The notes below the pieces were generated by a model. That model saw only the letters and a list, made by a program, of their open reading frames with translations. It was not told the DNA's origin and searched no databases. Positions 1 to 8,849 of a stretch of 64,000 bases of DNA are shown one piece after another. Source of the stretch: a virus; IMG/VR virus record IMGVR_UViG_3300029118_000005. One strand, written 5' to 3'. The translations under genes were made by a program, and so were the position numbers. The number at the start of each line of letters is the position of its first letter. The stretch's first letter is position 1.

Positions 1-362
1 CTCAGCTCTGCGTAAGCCCTCTGCAGCAACTTCTGATACTCGTCATGTTGTGTTGCAAAATGTGTTGTCGGCATATACACATTTCTCTGGCTTGTGATCT
101 GGAAGTGTCTAATAGGCGGTTTGCTATCCTGCTTTGGTACAACCACCAAGAACTGAATAAGCTGTCTTGCCTGCTGCAAGCGATATTTCTCTGCCGCTAT
201 GCTATCGTTCCATTCAAAGCACTTGTGCAGCTCTGACTGTTCGTCTCTCGCTTTCTCAAGTACTTGTTCTGGCGTGATCTCTACATCTCTTCCGATTTCA
301 TCCAGACACTTTGCGGCATTGGCTTTAAAAATCCCTTCTATTCTCCATTTAATTTCATCCAT
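1..362 (-). CDS. hypothetical protein, 3' end cut by window edge
   Basis: ATG at 362 follows a GGGAG RBS. My translation (MDEIKWRIEGIFKANAAKCLDEIG...) stays open to position 1. Lies directly downstream of recT. Not in the ORF track because no stop falls in the window. Confidence 0.4.
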   Translation of the reverse strand, partial: MDEIKWRIEGIFKANAAKCLDEIGRDVEITPEQVLEKARDEQSELHKCFEWNDSIAAEKYRLQQARQLIQFLVVVPKQDSKPPIRHFQITSQRNVYMPTTHFATQHDEYQKLLQRAYAEL

Positions 363-376
363 AGGCTATCTCCCGA

Positions 377-1114
377 TCAGGCAGACATAAAAGGTGGCAA
401 AGCATCTTTGTTTGCTTCCTTATTCTGCTCATTTGGTTCTTCAAATACCTGTGAATTTGCATTTTCTGAAATATCTTTCTCCATCTGTTCCTGCAAACTT
501 TCACTTGTGTATTCTTCAAAGTCATTGTCCTCTGCTTCTTCTTTTGTATAAAGTCCCATTGCGACTTCTGGACAATTGAGTCTTGAAAAAAATGAAGCAG
601 CACGATATCTGAGCATGAGCTGTGGCATTGTCTTCCACTTACTACCGTTCTTTGCAATCCAGCCTTCATCCTTTGCCATTTGCATGTCAACTGTCATACC
701 ATCAACTCGTCTGCCGTCTTTGGTAGTCCAAGCGGTACAAGAAAAAGGTTTTCCGTCTTTGTCTTTTGTTTCCTCGTACTGTAGCTCCATGTCGAATTTA
801 CGGCTATTGTTAATTCTTGCAATAAGAAACTGTGAACTCCAAGACGGTCTACCTTGAATAGGATATAAATTCTGCATAACCATCATTGCGCTCGCACCCA
901 TTCGTTGCGCCATTTCGATGGCGATTAAACAGTTAGATGGATTCTTCTGGTATATAGCCGGAACAATTGTGGATTCAGCTAACGCCTTTGCCATCTGCAT
1001 AGCCATAATGAAATTATCGCTTGTTCCGAAAATCCCAAGACTATAGTCAGTTACTCTCTTTGTTGACTGCTGCACAGCCTGCTTTCCACTCTCTACAATT
1101 GCTGTATCTGCCAT
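377..1114 (-). CDS. recT: RecT-family single-strand annealing recombinase
   Basis: 245 aa. The core NPSNCLIAIEMAQRMGASAMMVMQNLYPIQGRPSWSSQFLIARIN and the acidic C-terminal tail are typical of the RecT family. Confidence 0.85.
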   Translation of the reverse strand: MADTAIVESGKQAVQQSTKRVTDYSLGIFGTSDNFIMAMQMAKALAESTIVPAIYQKNPSNCLIAIEMAQRMGASAMMVMQNLYPIQGRPSWSSQFLIARINNSRKFDMELQYEETKDKDGKPFSCTAWTTKDGRRVDGMTVDMQMAKDEGWIAKNGSKWKTMPQLMLRYRAASFFSRLNCPEVAMGLYTKEEAEDNDFEEYTSESLQEQMEKDISENANSQVFEEPNEQNKEANKDALPPFMSA

Positions 1115-1581
1115 TATTCCTCGCCCTCCTTGACTTCTTTAACCTTGATATGTATCTTGTTTAATAACTCACTCAATTCCTCAAATGATTTAAGCGTAAA
1201 ACTGCTAAACATCACGAGTGCGATAGCGTCTTTTGCTAAATCGCCTGAAAAATATGATATTTTGCCTTGTACCACTTTAAACTTCAACCCTGCCGGGAAA
1301 AGCTTATCATCACCTTTTACAACTTCGACTGTGCCATTGTAAGGAACTGGCTGTTTTTTCTCTTCCTGCTCCGGCTCTGTGTCCTCTGCACTGTCTGTGT
1401 CATTATTCTTGTCAGCCTTTAATACATCTAGTAATTCCTGCGCAGCGTCTCTGAGTGCTACCAAAAAACTAAGATCATCTTTACTTTTGAAAAGTCCCAA
1501 TCCCACTTCTTTGGTTTGATTGTCTTTAATAGCAATCATTCCTATACGTTCTCCAGCACATATCTTAAATCTCTCACTCAT
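1114..1581 (-). CDS. hypothetical protein
   Basis: 155-aa ORF whose stop overlaps the recT start (coupled). Has an acidic central linker. Confidence 0.5.
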   Translation of the reverse strand: MSERFKICAGERIGMIAIKDNQTKEVGLGLFKSKDDLSFLVALRDAAQELLDVLKADKNNDTDSAEDTEPEQEEKKQPVPYNGTVEVVKGDDKLFPAGLKFKVVQGKISYFSGDLAKDAIALVMFSSFTLKSFEELSELLNKIHIKVKEVKEGEE

Positions 1582-1583
1582 AA

Positions 1584-1808
1584 TTATTCTCCTTGTTCAA
1601 TTTTATTGTTTTCTGGCACTCTTTTAAGTGTCTTGATATTACTTCTTCCATAGGCTTCTATCCATGAAAGATCTACCGGCTCATCTACTACTGTGACTTT
1701 TGTGCCGTTTGGAGTTACTGCTTCGTCTCCAGGCTTTAAATCTTCCTCTGTCGCAAAACAATAGCTGCGCTTACTGCCCTCATATCGAGCTTTTACATAA
1801 TTACTCAT
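1584..1808 (-). CDS. hypothetical protein
   Basis: 74-aa ORF tightly packed in the same operon, with GGAG-type RBS context. Confidence 0.45.
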   Translation of the reverse strand: MSNYVKARYEGSKRSYCFATEEDLKPGDEAVTPNGTKVTVVDEPVDLSWIEAYGRSNIKTLKRVPENNKIEQGE

Positions 1809-1831
1809 TAGCTTTCTCCTTTTAATAATTT

Positions 1832-2440
1832 TTACTGTTTAATTTCTTTTGCAAAGATTGATGGAGAAAAGATACAAACGGGGCGAACACCGAAGTTGTT
1901 GCGGCAAACGCCGTAGACGACGTTGCCGGATGGAACAACAGCGGCCACCCATTTATAATATTCGTTGCACGGCGTACTCCATGGAGTAAGTAACCACCAG
2001 TAATACTCTTCGTTTGGGATCAGACTTCTGCATTTTCTGTACTCGTCAAGTGTAAGCATTGATACCTTATCCTTACACTTTTCATATTCCTTCTGCCCAT
2101 CAACAGATAACAAATCCCTTTCAAATTCAATAATATTTTCCTCTCCAATTTCATTTTCTATTTTTTCAAGGAGATCACTATTCAGATGCTGACGTAGTTC
2201 ACTGATTCTCCAGTCATTTATGTCTGGATCAAATCTCATCAACTCTGATTTTTCTGCAAGGCACATGCAACCCAAATCAAGAACATCAATGATTTTCCAT
2301 TTTAGCCCTGCAAGTTCGAACTGATTGCCTGCTTTAGGCTCAACATCAATTTTTCTTTTTGAATTACCTTCTAAGATATTTACTCTTTTCTTTAGATCAT
2401 TGAACTGTTGTTGCAGCTCTTCTAATGTCAATTCAGCCAT
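1832..2440 (-). CDS. DUF6273-like protein (paralogue 1)
   Basis: C-terminus YYWWLLTPWS...VVPSGNVVYGVCRNNFGVRPVCIF matches my memory of the DUF6273 pattern (WWLRSP...GVRPA). N-terminal coiled coil. Confidence 0.55.
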   Translation of the reverse strand: MAELTLEELQQQFNDLKKRVNILEGNSKRKIDVEPKAGNQFELAGLKWKIIDVLDLGCMCLAEKSELMRFDPDINDWRISELRQHLNSDLLEKIENEIGEENIIEFERDLLSVDGQKEYEKCKDKVSMLTLDEYRKCRSLIPNEEYYWWLLTPWSTPCNEYYKWVAAVVPSGNVVYGVCRNNFGVRPVCIFSPSIFAKEIKQ

Positions 2441-3040
2441 TTATTTTCCTTTCGATACAAAGATGTTGGATTTTAGGATAAAAGCCGGGCGAACATTATT
2501 GCCTTCACAGCAGTAGCTGCTGTTGACATAGCCAGATGGGCGAACAACTGCTATAGAATTATTGTAGTCACAATGCAGACCGCTCCATGCTGTACAAGTC
2601 CACCACTGTCTACTCAACTTTTTGTTAACAAGCAAATTGATATACGCTCTAACCTCACCAAAGGTCAGCGGTCTTACTTTACAGGTAAGCGCTCCGTAGT
2701 CATCCTGACCGTTTACAGTTGTTAGATTTACGCAATGTTCTACAAGATTCTCGGCTCCGATTTCGGATTCAATAGCCGGTTGGATTTCACCCTCAATATA
2801 ATTTTTTAACTCGGATGCCTTGTAATCTGCTGTGTCATATGCAAATCTTCTCACTTTCGCTAGATAGCCCTTTGTGATAACTTTGGTTATTCCTTCACAT
2901 TGTTCAAGAACAATGCATTCCCTTTCTCCGACAAGGAATGTCTCTCCAGGCATTAAGCTAGCCAATTCAACCTTGTTACTCTGCTCTCTTTCTTCAAGCA
3001 TTTTTACCAATGCTCTTGCAGCTTCAAGTTCTTTACTCAT
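2441..3040 (-). CDS. DUF6273-like protein (paralogue 2)
   Basis: WWTCTAWSG...VVRPSGYVNSSYCCEGNNVRPAFIL. Same architecture as the adjacent gene, and abuts it without a gap. Confidence 0.55.
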   Translation of the reverse strand: MSKELEAARALVKMLEEREQSNKVELASLMPGETFLVGERECIVLEQCEGITKVITKGYLAKVRRFAYDTADYKASELKNYIEGEIQPAIESEIGAENLVEHCVNLTTVNGQDDYGALTCKVRPLTFGEVRAYINLLVNKKLSRQWWTCTAWSGLHCDYNNSIAVVRPSGYVNSSYCCEGNNVRPAFILKSNIFVSKGK

Positions 3041-3051
3041 CTGTCTCCTTT

Positions 3052-3267
3052 CTACAGCCGCGGTGACTTGACCAAATCACGCACAACTCTATATTTTGAA
3101 ATGTTTTCTCCATCTTTCTCAACAAAGTAGAACGCTCCATCATTCGGTTCTCTGAAACCGCTGTAATACTTTGTATTTACCATTACCGCATCCTGCTCCT
3201 TGCAGTGGCTGCACCATTCGCGGATTTCTGCGCCGAGGTAACTTTCTCCGCTGTTCACTACAACCAT
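3052..3267 (-). CDS. hypothetical protein
   Basis: 71 aa, preceded by an AAAGGAGAG RBS. The sequence looks protein-like. Confidence 0.5.
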   Translation of the reverse strand: MVVVNSGESYLGAEIREWCSHCKEQDAVMVNTKYYSGFREPNDGAFYFVEKDGENISKYRVVRDLVKSPRL

Positions 3268-3550
3268 TTGCTCTCTCCTTTCTTTTCTTCTCTGGTGGAT
3301 TGTAGCAATCTATAAACTCGTGTAAGTCATACAAGCTGCATCCTCTAAATTTCAATGTTTCATTTTGTTTCCATAAGCGTTCTGCTCTCACACCAAATTC
3401 GTCTGAAAGGCTCTGGATCAACCCTTTCATGGCTTTCTGCCTAGCTCTTTTAATTTCTGTTGCCGTCCTTCCAGACCTTGGCGCTATTGCATCCACTCTT
3501 CTACAGATATGTCCAATCAGCTCTAACCGCTGCTCCTCTGTTAGCTTCAT
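3140..3550 (-). CDS. hypothetical protein (start trimmed to MKLTEEQRLE)
   Basis: The ATG at 3550 lies just after the stop of the upstream gene. The last ~40 codons overlap 3052..3267 out of frame and are Arg-rich and junk-like, so the 3' end is uncertain. Confidence 0.35.
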   Translation of the reverse strand: MKLTEEQRLELIGHICRRVDAIAPRSGRTATEIKRARQKAMKGLIQSLSDEFGVRAERLWKQNETLKFRGCSLYDLHEFIDCYNPPEKKRKERANGCSEQRRKLPRRRNPRMVQPLQGAGCGNGKYKVLQRFQRTE

Positions 3551-3554
3551 AGGC

Positions 3555-4124
3555 TTATTGGAGCTGGCGATAAATCGCCTGAATGATCTTGGCATCATAC
3601 AACGCATTGTGTTTTACCCCTTTGGGAAGTGGCTTTCCCAGCTTTGTTAAGAGTTGTTCGCGTGATAAATCAAACGCTTCCTTTTCAGAAATTCTTAGAA
3701 CTCTTGCAATATCCTGATTGATGTCGTGGCAACTTGCTGATATGTAATCAGGAAGCTCCAATGCGGAACTTGCCAGAAGATCAACCAGTAAAACAAAATC
3801 GTAATGAGACGTATCTGACACAAATTGAGTATCGCTCTCAAAATGCTCAAGCCATCCAAGAAGTGATCCTCGTACCTCATATTTACTGCCGACCACAAAC
3901 ACAGTGTTTTCCTTGTCTAGCAACTCTGCAAGTTCTTTGTTCTCACCCTTTACCACTGTATTTGACAATACATTTTCCTTAATCCAAGGTGTAATTTGAT
4001 AGTCTGCAAAATCATTAAATTCTGCGTAAAAGGATTCACCGCTTGCAGATACAATTCCAATACTTATTAGGGTTGTGTCTTTATGCAATCCTGTAAACTC
4101 TGCATCAAAGTACAGATTTATCAT
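3555..4124 (-). CDS. DEDDh (DnaQ/RNase T-like) 3'-5' exonuclease
   Basis: Start trimmed to MINLYFDAEFTGL (Exo I DxE motif). Has HNALYDA (Exo III) near the C-terminus and a GGAAGGAG RBS. Confidence 0.75.
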   Translation of the reverse strand: MINLYFDAEFTGLHKDTTLISIGIVSASGESFYAEFNDFADYQITPWIKENVLSNTVVKGENKELAELLDKENTVFVVGSKYEVRGSLLGWLEHFESDTQFVSDTSHYDFVLLVDLLASSALELPDYISASCHDINQDIARVLRISEKEAFDLSREQLLTKLGKPLPKGVKHNALYDAKIIQAIYRQLQ

Positions 4125-4275
4125 TTTCTTTCGCTCCTTCCTTTTCTTTATATTCCTCTGCCTGCTCCATTCCGATGATGTAGGCAAGCTGTTTTTCCGT
4201 TAAACATGGAAGCAGCCGTGTTGCTGTTTCAAGCAATTGCTTTTTGCTTTCCCCATGGTAAATAAAAATTGTTGA

Positions 4276-4563
4276 TCACTCTCCTTCTTCATTATCTTCA
4301 ATGCTGCTTGGATTCAGCATTATCATTAACAGTTTCTTCCAAGCAAATGATGTGTTTACGGTATATCCCTTTGCAGTTTGATACTGCATATGTACCACAT
4401 GTGGGTACTTCGCTTTAATTACCGCGTTGACCGTTACCAGTGTTCCATCTGGCGTTTTTACATTCAGCACAACAGTGTCGCCCTGCTTTGCTGTTTCTTT
4501 CAGCAGCTCCGCGTCTCTGCTCATTTCTCCACTCAAATGCGGCAATATTTCTCTTAGATTCAT
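4276..4563 (-). CDS. hypothetical protein (start trimmed to MNLREIL)
   Basis: The C-terminal 95 aa of the 147-aa ORF look protein-like. The upstream part overlaps 4415..4804 in another frame. Confidence 0.4.
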   Translation of the reverse strand: MNLREILPHLSGEMSRDAELLKETAKQGDTVVLNVKTPDGTLVTVNAVIKAKYPHVVHMQYQTAKGYTVNTSFAWKKLLMIMLNPSSIEDNEEGE

Positions 4564-4804
4564 ACATTTCCTTTCTATATGGCTCAGGCATTCTAGCCCA
4601 AGCCACAATTTCATAACCAGAATCTTCAAATCCACCATCTGGCAAATTCGCCTGGCAAGCTTCTTTCGAAACCCACCATCTAAATCTGTTCTTTGGGTCT
4701 GGTCCCCAATAATACTCATGGGTAAGTCTAGTCTCGCCCCATCTAATTGTACACAGCAGATAGCCTGCGGTCTTATCTGGCATCTTTTTAGTCATCCAGA
4801 ACAT
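4415..4804 (-). CDS. DUF551-like phage protein; 3' end doubtful
   Basis: GAGAGGTGA RBS before the ATG at 4804. EIVAWARMPEPY resembles the DUF551 C-terminal motif. After about position 4560 the frame turns Arg-rich and junk-like. Confidence 0.4.
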   Translation of the reverse strand: MFWMTKKMPDKTAGYLLCTIRWGETRLTHEYYWGPDPKNRFRWWVSKEACQANLPDGGFEDSGYEIVAWARMPEPYRKEMYESKRNIAAFEWRNEQRRGAAERNSKAGRHCCAECKNARWNTGNGQRGN

Positions 4805-4850
4805 CTTTTATCACCTCTCTTAATTTATATTTGCAACTTTTCTTTTTTGC

Positions 4851-5012
4851 TTACGATGTTGTTGTGGCCATGTTCTCTATCAAGCCGAGCAAATAGTTGT
4901 TCTGGATACTAGAGTAGCTATTTGTCACTTCGCTCAACTTCTTCAAAGTGCGCTTTTTCTGCTCTGTCAGAAAACGGTATGTTGTCTTAGACTTTTCCTT
5001 TTTATCTGTCAT
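4851..5012 (-). CDS. hypothetical small protein (start MTDKKEK)
   Basis: GGAGGTG RBS 7 nt upstream. ATGA start/stop overlap with the upstream gene. Confidence 0.4.
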   Translation of the reverse strand: MTDKKEKSKTTYRFLTEQKKRTLKKLSEVTNSYSSIQNNYLLGLIENMATTTS

Positions 5013-5215
5013 CACGCCTGCACCTCCTTTCTGCATGTTTCCATTCTTTCAATGTAGCTAATCATGTCAGCAAAGCTTTCTGCTCTGTACAAGATTGCTC
5101 TGTTTGTGTCAGCAAGTAGTGTGTATGCACTATCAAACTGGAATATGTAATACTTATGCATTCCCTCGTAGTACATGCAATCTTTAAGTACTACAAACTT
5201 GTTGATATCAAGCAT
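5012..5215 (-). CDS. hypothetical protein
   Basis: 67-aa ORF in the operon downstream of the antirepressor. Confidence 0.45.
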   Translation of the reverse strand: MLDINKFVVLKDCMYYEGMHKYYIFQFDSAYTLLADTNRAILYRAESFADMISYIERMETCRKEVQA

Positions 5216-5233
5216 TGTTTGTTCCTTTCTTTC

Positions 5234-5992
5234 TTATGTAACTTCTGCTATCATTTCTGCCTTCATCTTGGCGAACTTGTTGATAAAATGGATTTGCCCT
5301 TTACCAGTTACAAGCGTTGTTCTCGTGATTCTGACGCTTCCATCTGGATTCACAACGGTACGCTCCTTAACTTCAAAGAGTTTCTGTTCCATCGCCTTCT
5401 GTGTCGGCATATTTTTACTACCGCCACATTTAATTAGGTAGTCATTTTGACGCATCCACTCAAAGAGTCTGTTTTGCCCGATCTCGTGACCATTCTGGCA
5501 AATCAGTTTTGCCATATCTCCGATCAGAATTGAGGTCCTGCTAGACTCCACTGCATCTGCAAAGATTTCTTTAGGCTTCATGCGCTCTGTGTCTGCAATT
5601 AGTACTTTATTATCTGCCTTGAGCTTATCAATCTCGTTATTGGCAATCTTTAAGGCTCGTGCCATCACCTGTTCCGGTGTATTCCATGCTTTTTCGAGAT
5701 CAATGAAGTACTGGCGGTACTGCTTGCCCTTGTCGGTACGCTGAATCATGCAGATCTGCTTTGCCATGTCGATGGAGATTTGATAATCGTTGCAAGTTGT
5801 TGTTGGATTCTTTGGATTATTGGTATTCCTTTTTTGGAAAACCAATAAATAATCAATATTTTCAAGAAATCCATACTCACACATGCGGTCAAACCATGTA
5901 GTAAAGTTACTCTTGATCTCTAGTCCCTCATGTAGCTCTCTTGCTGATACAGTAGGTCGTTCTGACTCGTAGTTAATTCTCAAGAGTTCCAT
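5234..5992 (-). CDS. phage antirepressor (AntA/AntB N-terminal domain plus KilAC C-terminal domain)
   Basis: The SARELHEGLEIKSNFTTWFDRMCEYGF and YQISIDMAKQICMIQRTDKGKQYRQYFI blocks are AntA-like. The C-terminal half is KilAC-like. Transcribed divergently from an XRE repressor gene. Confidence 0.8.
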   Translation of the reverse strand: MELLRINYESERPTVSARELHEGLEIKSNFTTWFDRMCEYGFLENIDYLLVFQKRNTNNPKNPTTTCNDYQISIDMAKQICMIQRTDKGKQYRQYFIDLEKAWNTPEQVMARALKIANNEIDKLKADNKVLIADTERMKPKEIFADAVESSRTSILIGDMAKLICQNGHEIGQNRLFEWMRQNDYLIKCGGSKNMPTQKAMEQKLFEVKERTVVNPDGSVRITRTTLVTGKGQIHFINKFAKMKAEMIAEVT

Positions 5993-6105
5993 GTTCCGGC
6001 TCCTTTCTGTTAAATTTTCAATGTCCGTTTGTTTGTTACACTTACAGTATAGTTTATTAGGAATACTTTGTCAATAGTTTTTTGATTGTTTGACAAACTT
6101 TTTTG

Positions 6106-6134
6106 TTGACTTAACAAACAAAACTTGCTATAAT
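6106..6134 (+). promoter_or_regulatory. sigma-A-type promoter for the repressor-like gene, with flanking TTGACAAA/TTTGTCAA inverted repeats
   Basis: TTGACT (6106-6111), 17-nt spacer, TATAAT (6129-6134). Nearby TTTGTCAA ... TTGACAAA repeats at 6067-6098 look like operators. Confidence 0.5.
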
Positions 6135-6156
6135 AATAATGGAAGGAGGTGATAAG

Positions 6157-6573
6157 ATGGAAACTACAATAGGTGAGAGAATAGCAATGGTGCGAAAAAG
6201 TCGAGACTACACCTTAGAAAAATTTGGAGAAGCCATTGGAATAAAGAAAGGTTCAGTTAGTCTACTAGAGCGTGGTATCAATACTCCAGCTGACAGAACG
6301 ATTTTCATGATTTGCAACAGATTTAGCGTAAATGAACAATGGCTCCGTACCGGAGAAGGCGATATGCTTAAGAACGTTACACCATCAGAAGAGACTGCAT
6401 CATTTCTTGGCACGCTTGCAATAGCAGGCGATGAAAATTTCAAAAAGCGTTTAATCCTTTATCTTGCGCAAATGAAGGATTCAGACTGGGAGAAATTGGA
6501 ACAAGTGCTTGATACTCTTCTTGCAGGAAAAGATATCATCTTTCCGCCAGGCACCAATGACAAACAAAACTAA
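6157..6573 (+). CDS. XRE/CI-like HTH transcriptional repressor
   Basis: GGAGGTG RBS 6 nt before the ATG at 6157; the track's ATG at 6139 sits inside the RBS. HTH LEKFGEAIGIKKGSVSLLERG plus a C-terminal dimerisation-type domain. Confidence 0.8.
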   Translation: METTIGERIAMVRKSRDYTLEKFGEAIGIKKGSVSLLERGINTPADRTIFMICNRFSVNEQWLRTGEGDMLKNVTPSEETASFLGTLAIAGDENFKKRLILYLAQMKDSDWEKLEQVLDTLLAGKDIIFPPGTNDKQN

Positions 6574-6585
6574 TTAACCAGACAG

Positions 6586-6618
6586 TGGGTATCCGTAATG
6601 CGGATACCCATTTGTTTT
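6586..6618 (+). terminator. intrinsic terminator
   Basis: 10-bp perfect stem TGGGTATCCG/CGGATACCCA, 5-nt loop, followed by TTTGTTTT. Confidence 0.8.
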
Positions 6619-6714
6619 GTATACAAGGCGAATTTCTGGTTGCTATTTTGTGAAAACCTGTTTATACTATTTACATAGTGCAACACAAGCACAAAAGGAA
6701 AGGAAGAAAAGGAC

Positions 6715-7560
6715 ATGAAAAAGAAATTTGTAGCTGTACTGTGTAGTTGTATGGCATTGCAAGCAGTGCCAGTATTTGCAGAAAGTGAAGTAGAGACAGA
6801 AGCAGAAACTTCTGTTGATTATGAAGCAAAGTATAATGAATTGCTCAAAGACTACAACGATCTTCTTAAACTATATAATGAATTGCTTGAGGGTGATGAG
6901 GAAGAGAGTTCTGAGGCAGAAACCGAGGCAGAACTCCCAGACGGTGATATCCTGTTCAAGGATATTCCGTGGGGGACAAATTTTGCGAGTGTGCAGAGCT
7001 TAACACCAGAACTTAACCTCCAAGCATCTATAGATCAGGCGCTTCCTGTCTATTCAGTTGATGATATTATCTATGGTGGAATTACTGGTGTTGACTATGA
7101 TTCGACTGGTTTTATGGCAAGTGCTTTCGCTTCAAACTATCAGCAGCCAGCCTTTGGATATACAACATCTTCTGTATATGCGTATTTTGTTTGCCCTTCA
7201 GCAGACGGTGTAATTGACTATAATGTGGCAAATGCTATGCTGTACGGTGTTACATACGAATTTAATACAAATGATGTTAGCCCAATGGCAAATGATTTAA
7301 AAGAGCAATTAACAGCTACTTATGGCGAACCTTCACAGGATTATGACGAAGATTCTTTCTCGAATAAGGGCGACTCATTTATATTTAATCTCTATGATGG
7401 TCATTTTACTGTTTGGGAAACAAAGACCTGCATCTTATCAATCCACTCTTGTGATTATGGTAAGGATGCTGCCGCTCCAAGCACAATCCAGATTAACTAT
7501 GCATGGAAAGATGCATCTGATATCTTGGAGCAGAATGATAAAATTGTTTCAGCCCAGTAA
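6715..7560 (+). CDS. secreted protein of unknown function (moron-like)
   Basis: Signal peptide MKKKFVAVLCSCMALQAVPVFA/ESE, acidic coiled-coil linker, then a globular domain. Bracketed by its own terminators. Confidence 0.65.
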   Translation: MKKKFVAVLCSCMALQAVPVFAESEVETEAETSVDYEAKYNELLKDYNDLLKLYNELLEGDEEESSEAETEAELPDGDILFKDIPWGTNFASVQSLTPELNLQASIDQALPVYSVDDIIYGGITGVDYDSTGFMASAFASNYQQPAFGYTTSSVYAYFVCPSADGVIDYNVANAMLYGVTYEFNTNDVSPMANDLKEQLTATYGEPSQDYDEDSFSNKGDSFIFNLYDGHFTVWETKTCILSIHSCDYGKDAAAPSTIQINYAWKDASDILEQNDKIVSAQ

Positions 7561-7568
7561 AACATTAA

Positions 7569-7599
7569 GAGGACACCCATTACTGGATGCCCTCTTTTT
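7569..7599 (+). terminator. intrinsic terminator (usable from both strands)
   Basis: Stem GAGGACACCCA/TGGATGCCCTC (2 mismatches) followed by TTTTT. Sits between convergent genes. Confidence 0.65.
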
Positions 7600-7744
7600 A
7601 TTTTGTCAAGATATAATAGACGACTCTGAGTGTGCTCAATCTTTCTTCACTCCTCAAGAGCTCTCTGATCTTTTTCTTATAACACCGCATCGTTGCTTCT
7701 TCAGCATCTTTTTCAATCTCCTTTTCAGTTCTGCTTTCTGCCAT
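7598..7744 (-). CDS. possible 48-aa protein (below ORF-track cutoff)
   Basis: My translation is MAESRTEKEIEKDAEEATMRCYKKKIRELLRSEERLSTLRVVYYILTK. A GGAAAGAGAGGG RBS lies just after the stop of the upstream gene. Confidence 0.3.
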   Translation of the reverse strand: MAESRTEKEIEKDAEEATMRCYKKKIRELLRSEERLSTLRVVYYILTK

Positions 7745-7763
7745 TCATTGCCCTCTCTTTCCT

Positions 7764-7976
7764 CTATTCTCTTGTCATTGCCTGTGCAATCAGCTCACAG
7801 CGATATTCCTTTACGTCATCTCTATCTGTTAACTGATACAAAAAATCAAGCAATTCCATTTCGTTACGTTTTCCTTCCGGAATAAAAGTAGATATATATG
7901 TAATCGCTCTTTTTACATATTCATTGCCTTTTAATTCCACGATACTATTTAAAAAACGTCTAACTACATCACACAT
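7764..7976 (-). CDS. hypothetical protein (start trimmed to MCDVVRRF)
   Basis: The internal ATG lies 5 nt after the stop of the upstream gene at 7981. The longer ORF would overlap that gene. Confidence 0.4.
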   Translation of the reverse strand: MCDVVRRFLNSIVELKGNEYVKRAITYISTFIPEGKRNEMELLDFLYQLTDRDDVKEYRCELIAQAMTRE

Positions 7977-7980
7977 ATAA

Positions 7981-8604
7981 TCACCTCTCCTTTGCAATTG
8001 CATCCACAGAAATTTCGTATGCAACTTTAACTGTTTCTGTTTCATGTTCTCTTTTGATATAAGTTCTGCTCTGGATTCTTCCAGACAGTCTAATTTTTTC
8101 CCCAACCTTTAAATTTGATGCCTTTCGAGCGAGTTGGTTCCAGGCAATACAATGTAAATAATCGCTCTTGCCATATGGACGATTTACAGCAACTATAAGC
8201 TCACATAACTCCTTTTTTAATGGTGTTGTGCGATATATCGGTTTGCTGCATAAATACCCAGTCAATGCAATTTGGTTTCGATATTCCCCGCTTTCTACTT
8301 TGATTTCACGGACCAGAAAGTACTGCTGTACATGCCTTTTGCCGTCACTGGTGTAATAATTCTTGCTTCGCCATTCTCCAATCACTGTCACTTCATCCTG
8401 ACGCTTCAAAGCCCCGATTCTATCCTTTGCAACAGCGATTGGTATTTCATCCTTTACTCCACTCAGGCGGCTTGTCTCGATGGTGTTTGAACAAAAATCA
8501 CTTTCCAAGCAGTCTAATGTTGTAAAATTGTCTAGTAATTTACCATGAATAATGGCAAAATTAACCATTGACTCTGTTGCTTTGCAGTTGTAAACTGTCA
8601 TCAT
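7981..8604 (-). CDS. SSB-like protein with two OB-fold-like halves
   Basis: The C-terminal half YLHCIAWNQLARKASNLKVGEKIRLSGRIQSRTY...VKVAYEISV follows the classic SSB OB pattern. The N-terminal half (IPIAVAKDRIG...VTVIGEWRSKNY...FLVREIKV) repeats it. There is no acidic SSB tail. Confidence 0.5.
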   Translation of the reverse strand: MMTVYNCKATESMVNFAIIHGKLLDNFTTLDCLESDFCSNTIETSRLSGVKDEIPIAVAKDRIGALKRQDEVTVIGEWRSKNYYTSDGKRHVQQYFLVREIKVESGEYRNQIALTGYLCSKPIYRTTPLKKELCELIVAVNRPYGKSDYLHCIAWNQLARKASNLKVGEKIRLSGRIQSRTYIKREHETETVKVAYEISVDAIAKER

Positions 8605-8849
8605 TAGTAGCCTCCTTTCTCTTTTCTGCTATGGTATAGATAATAGCACTGGTGACTACAATTGTATTGACTTTGTTCACATTTTTTTCGGTCAAAGTTT
8701 TTTGGCTATTTCTCAGGCTTTTAAACACTAAAAAACTTTGACTTTGCTTTTTGCTTGATGTAGCCAATAAATTATACTTTTTATTTTTGCCAAAGTACAA
8801 TTTATTGTAAAAATGACATTTTGAACGAATATGAAGGGTGGTTTTTGAC

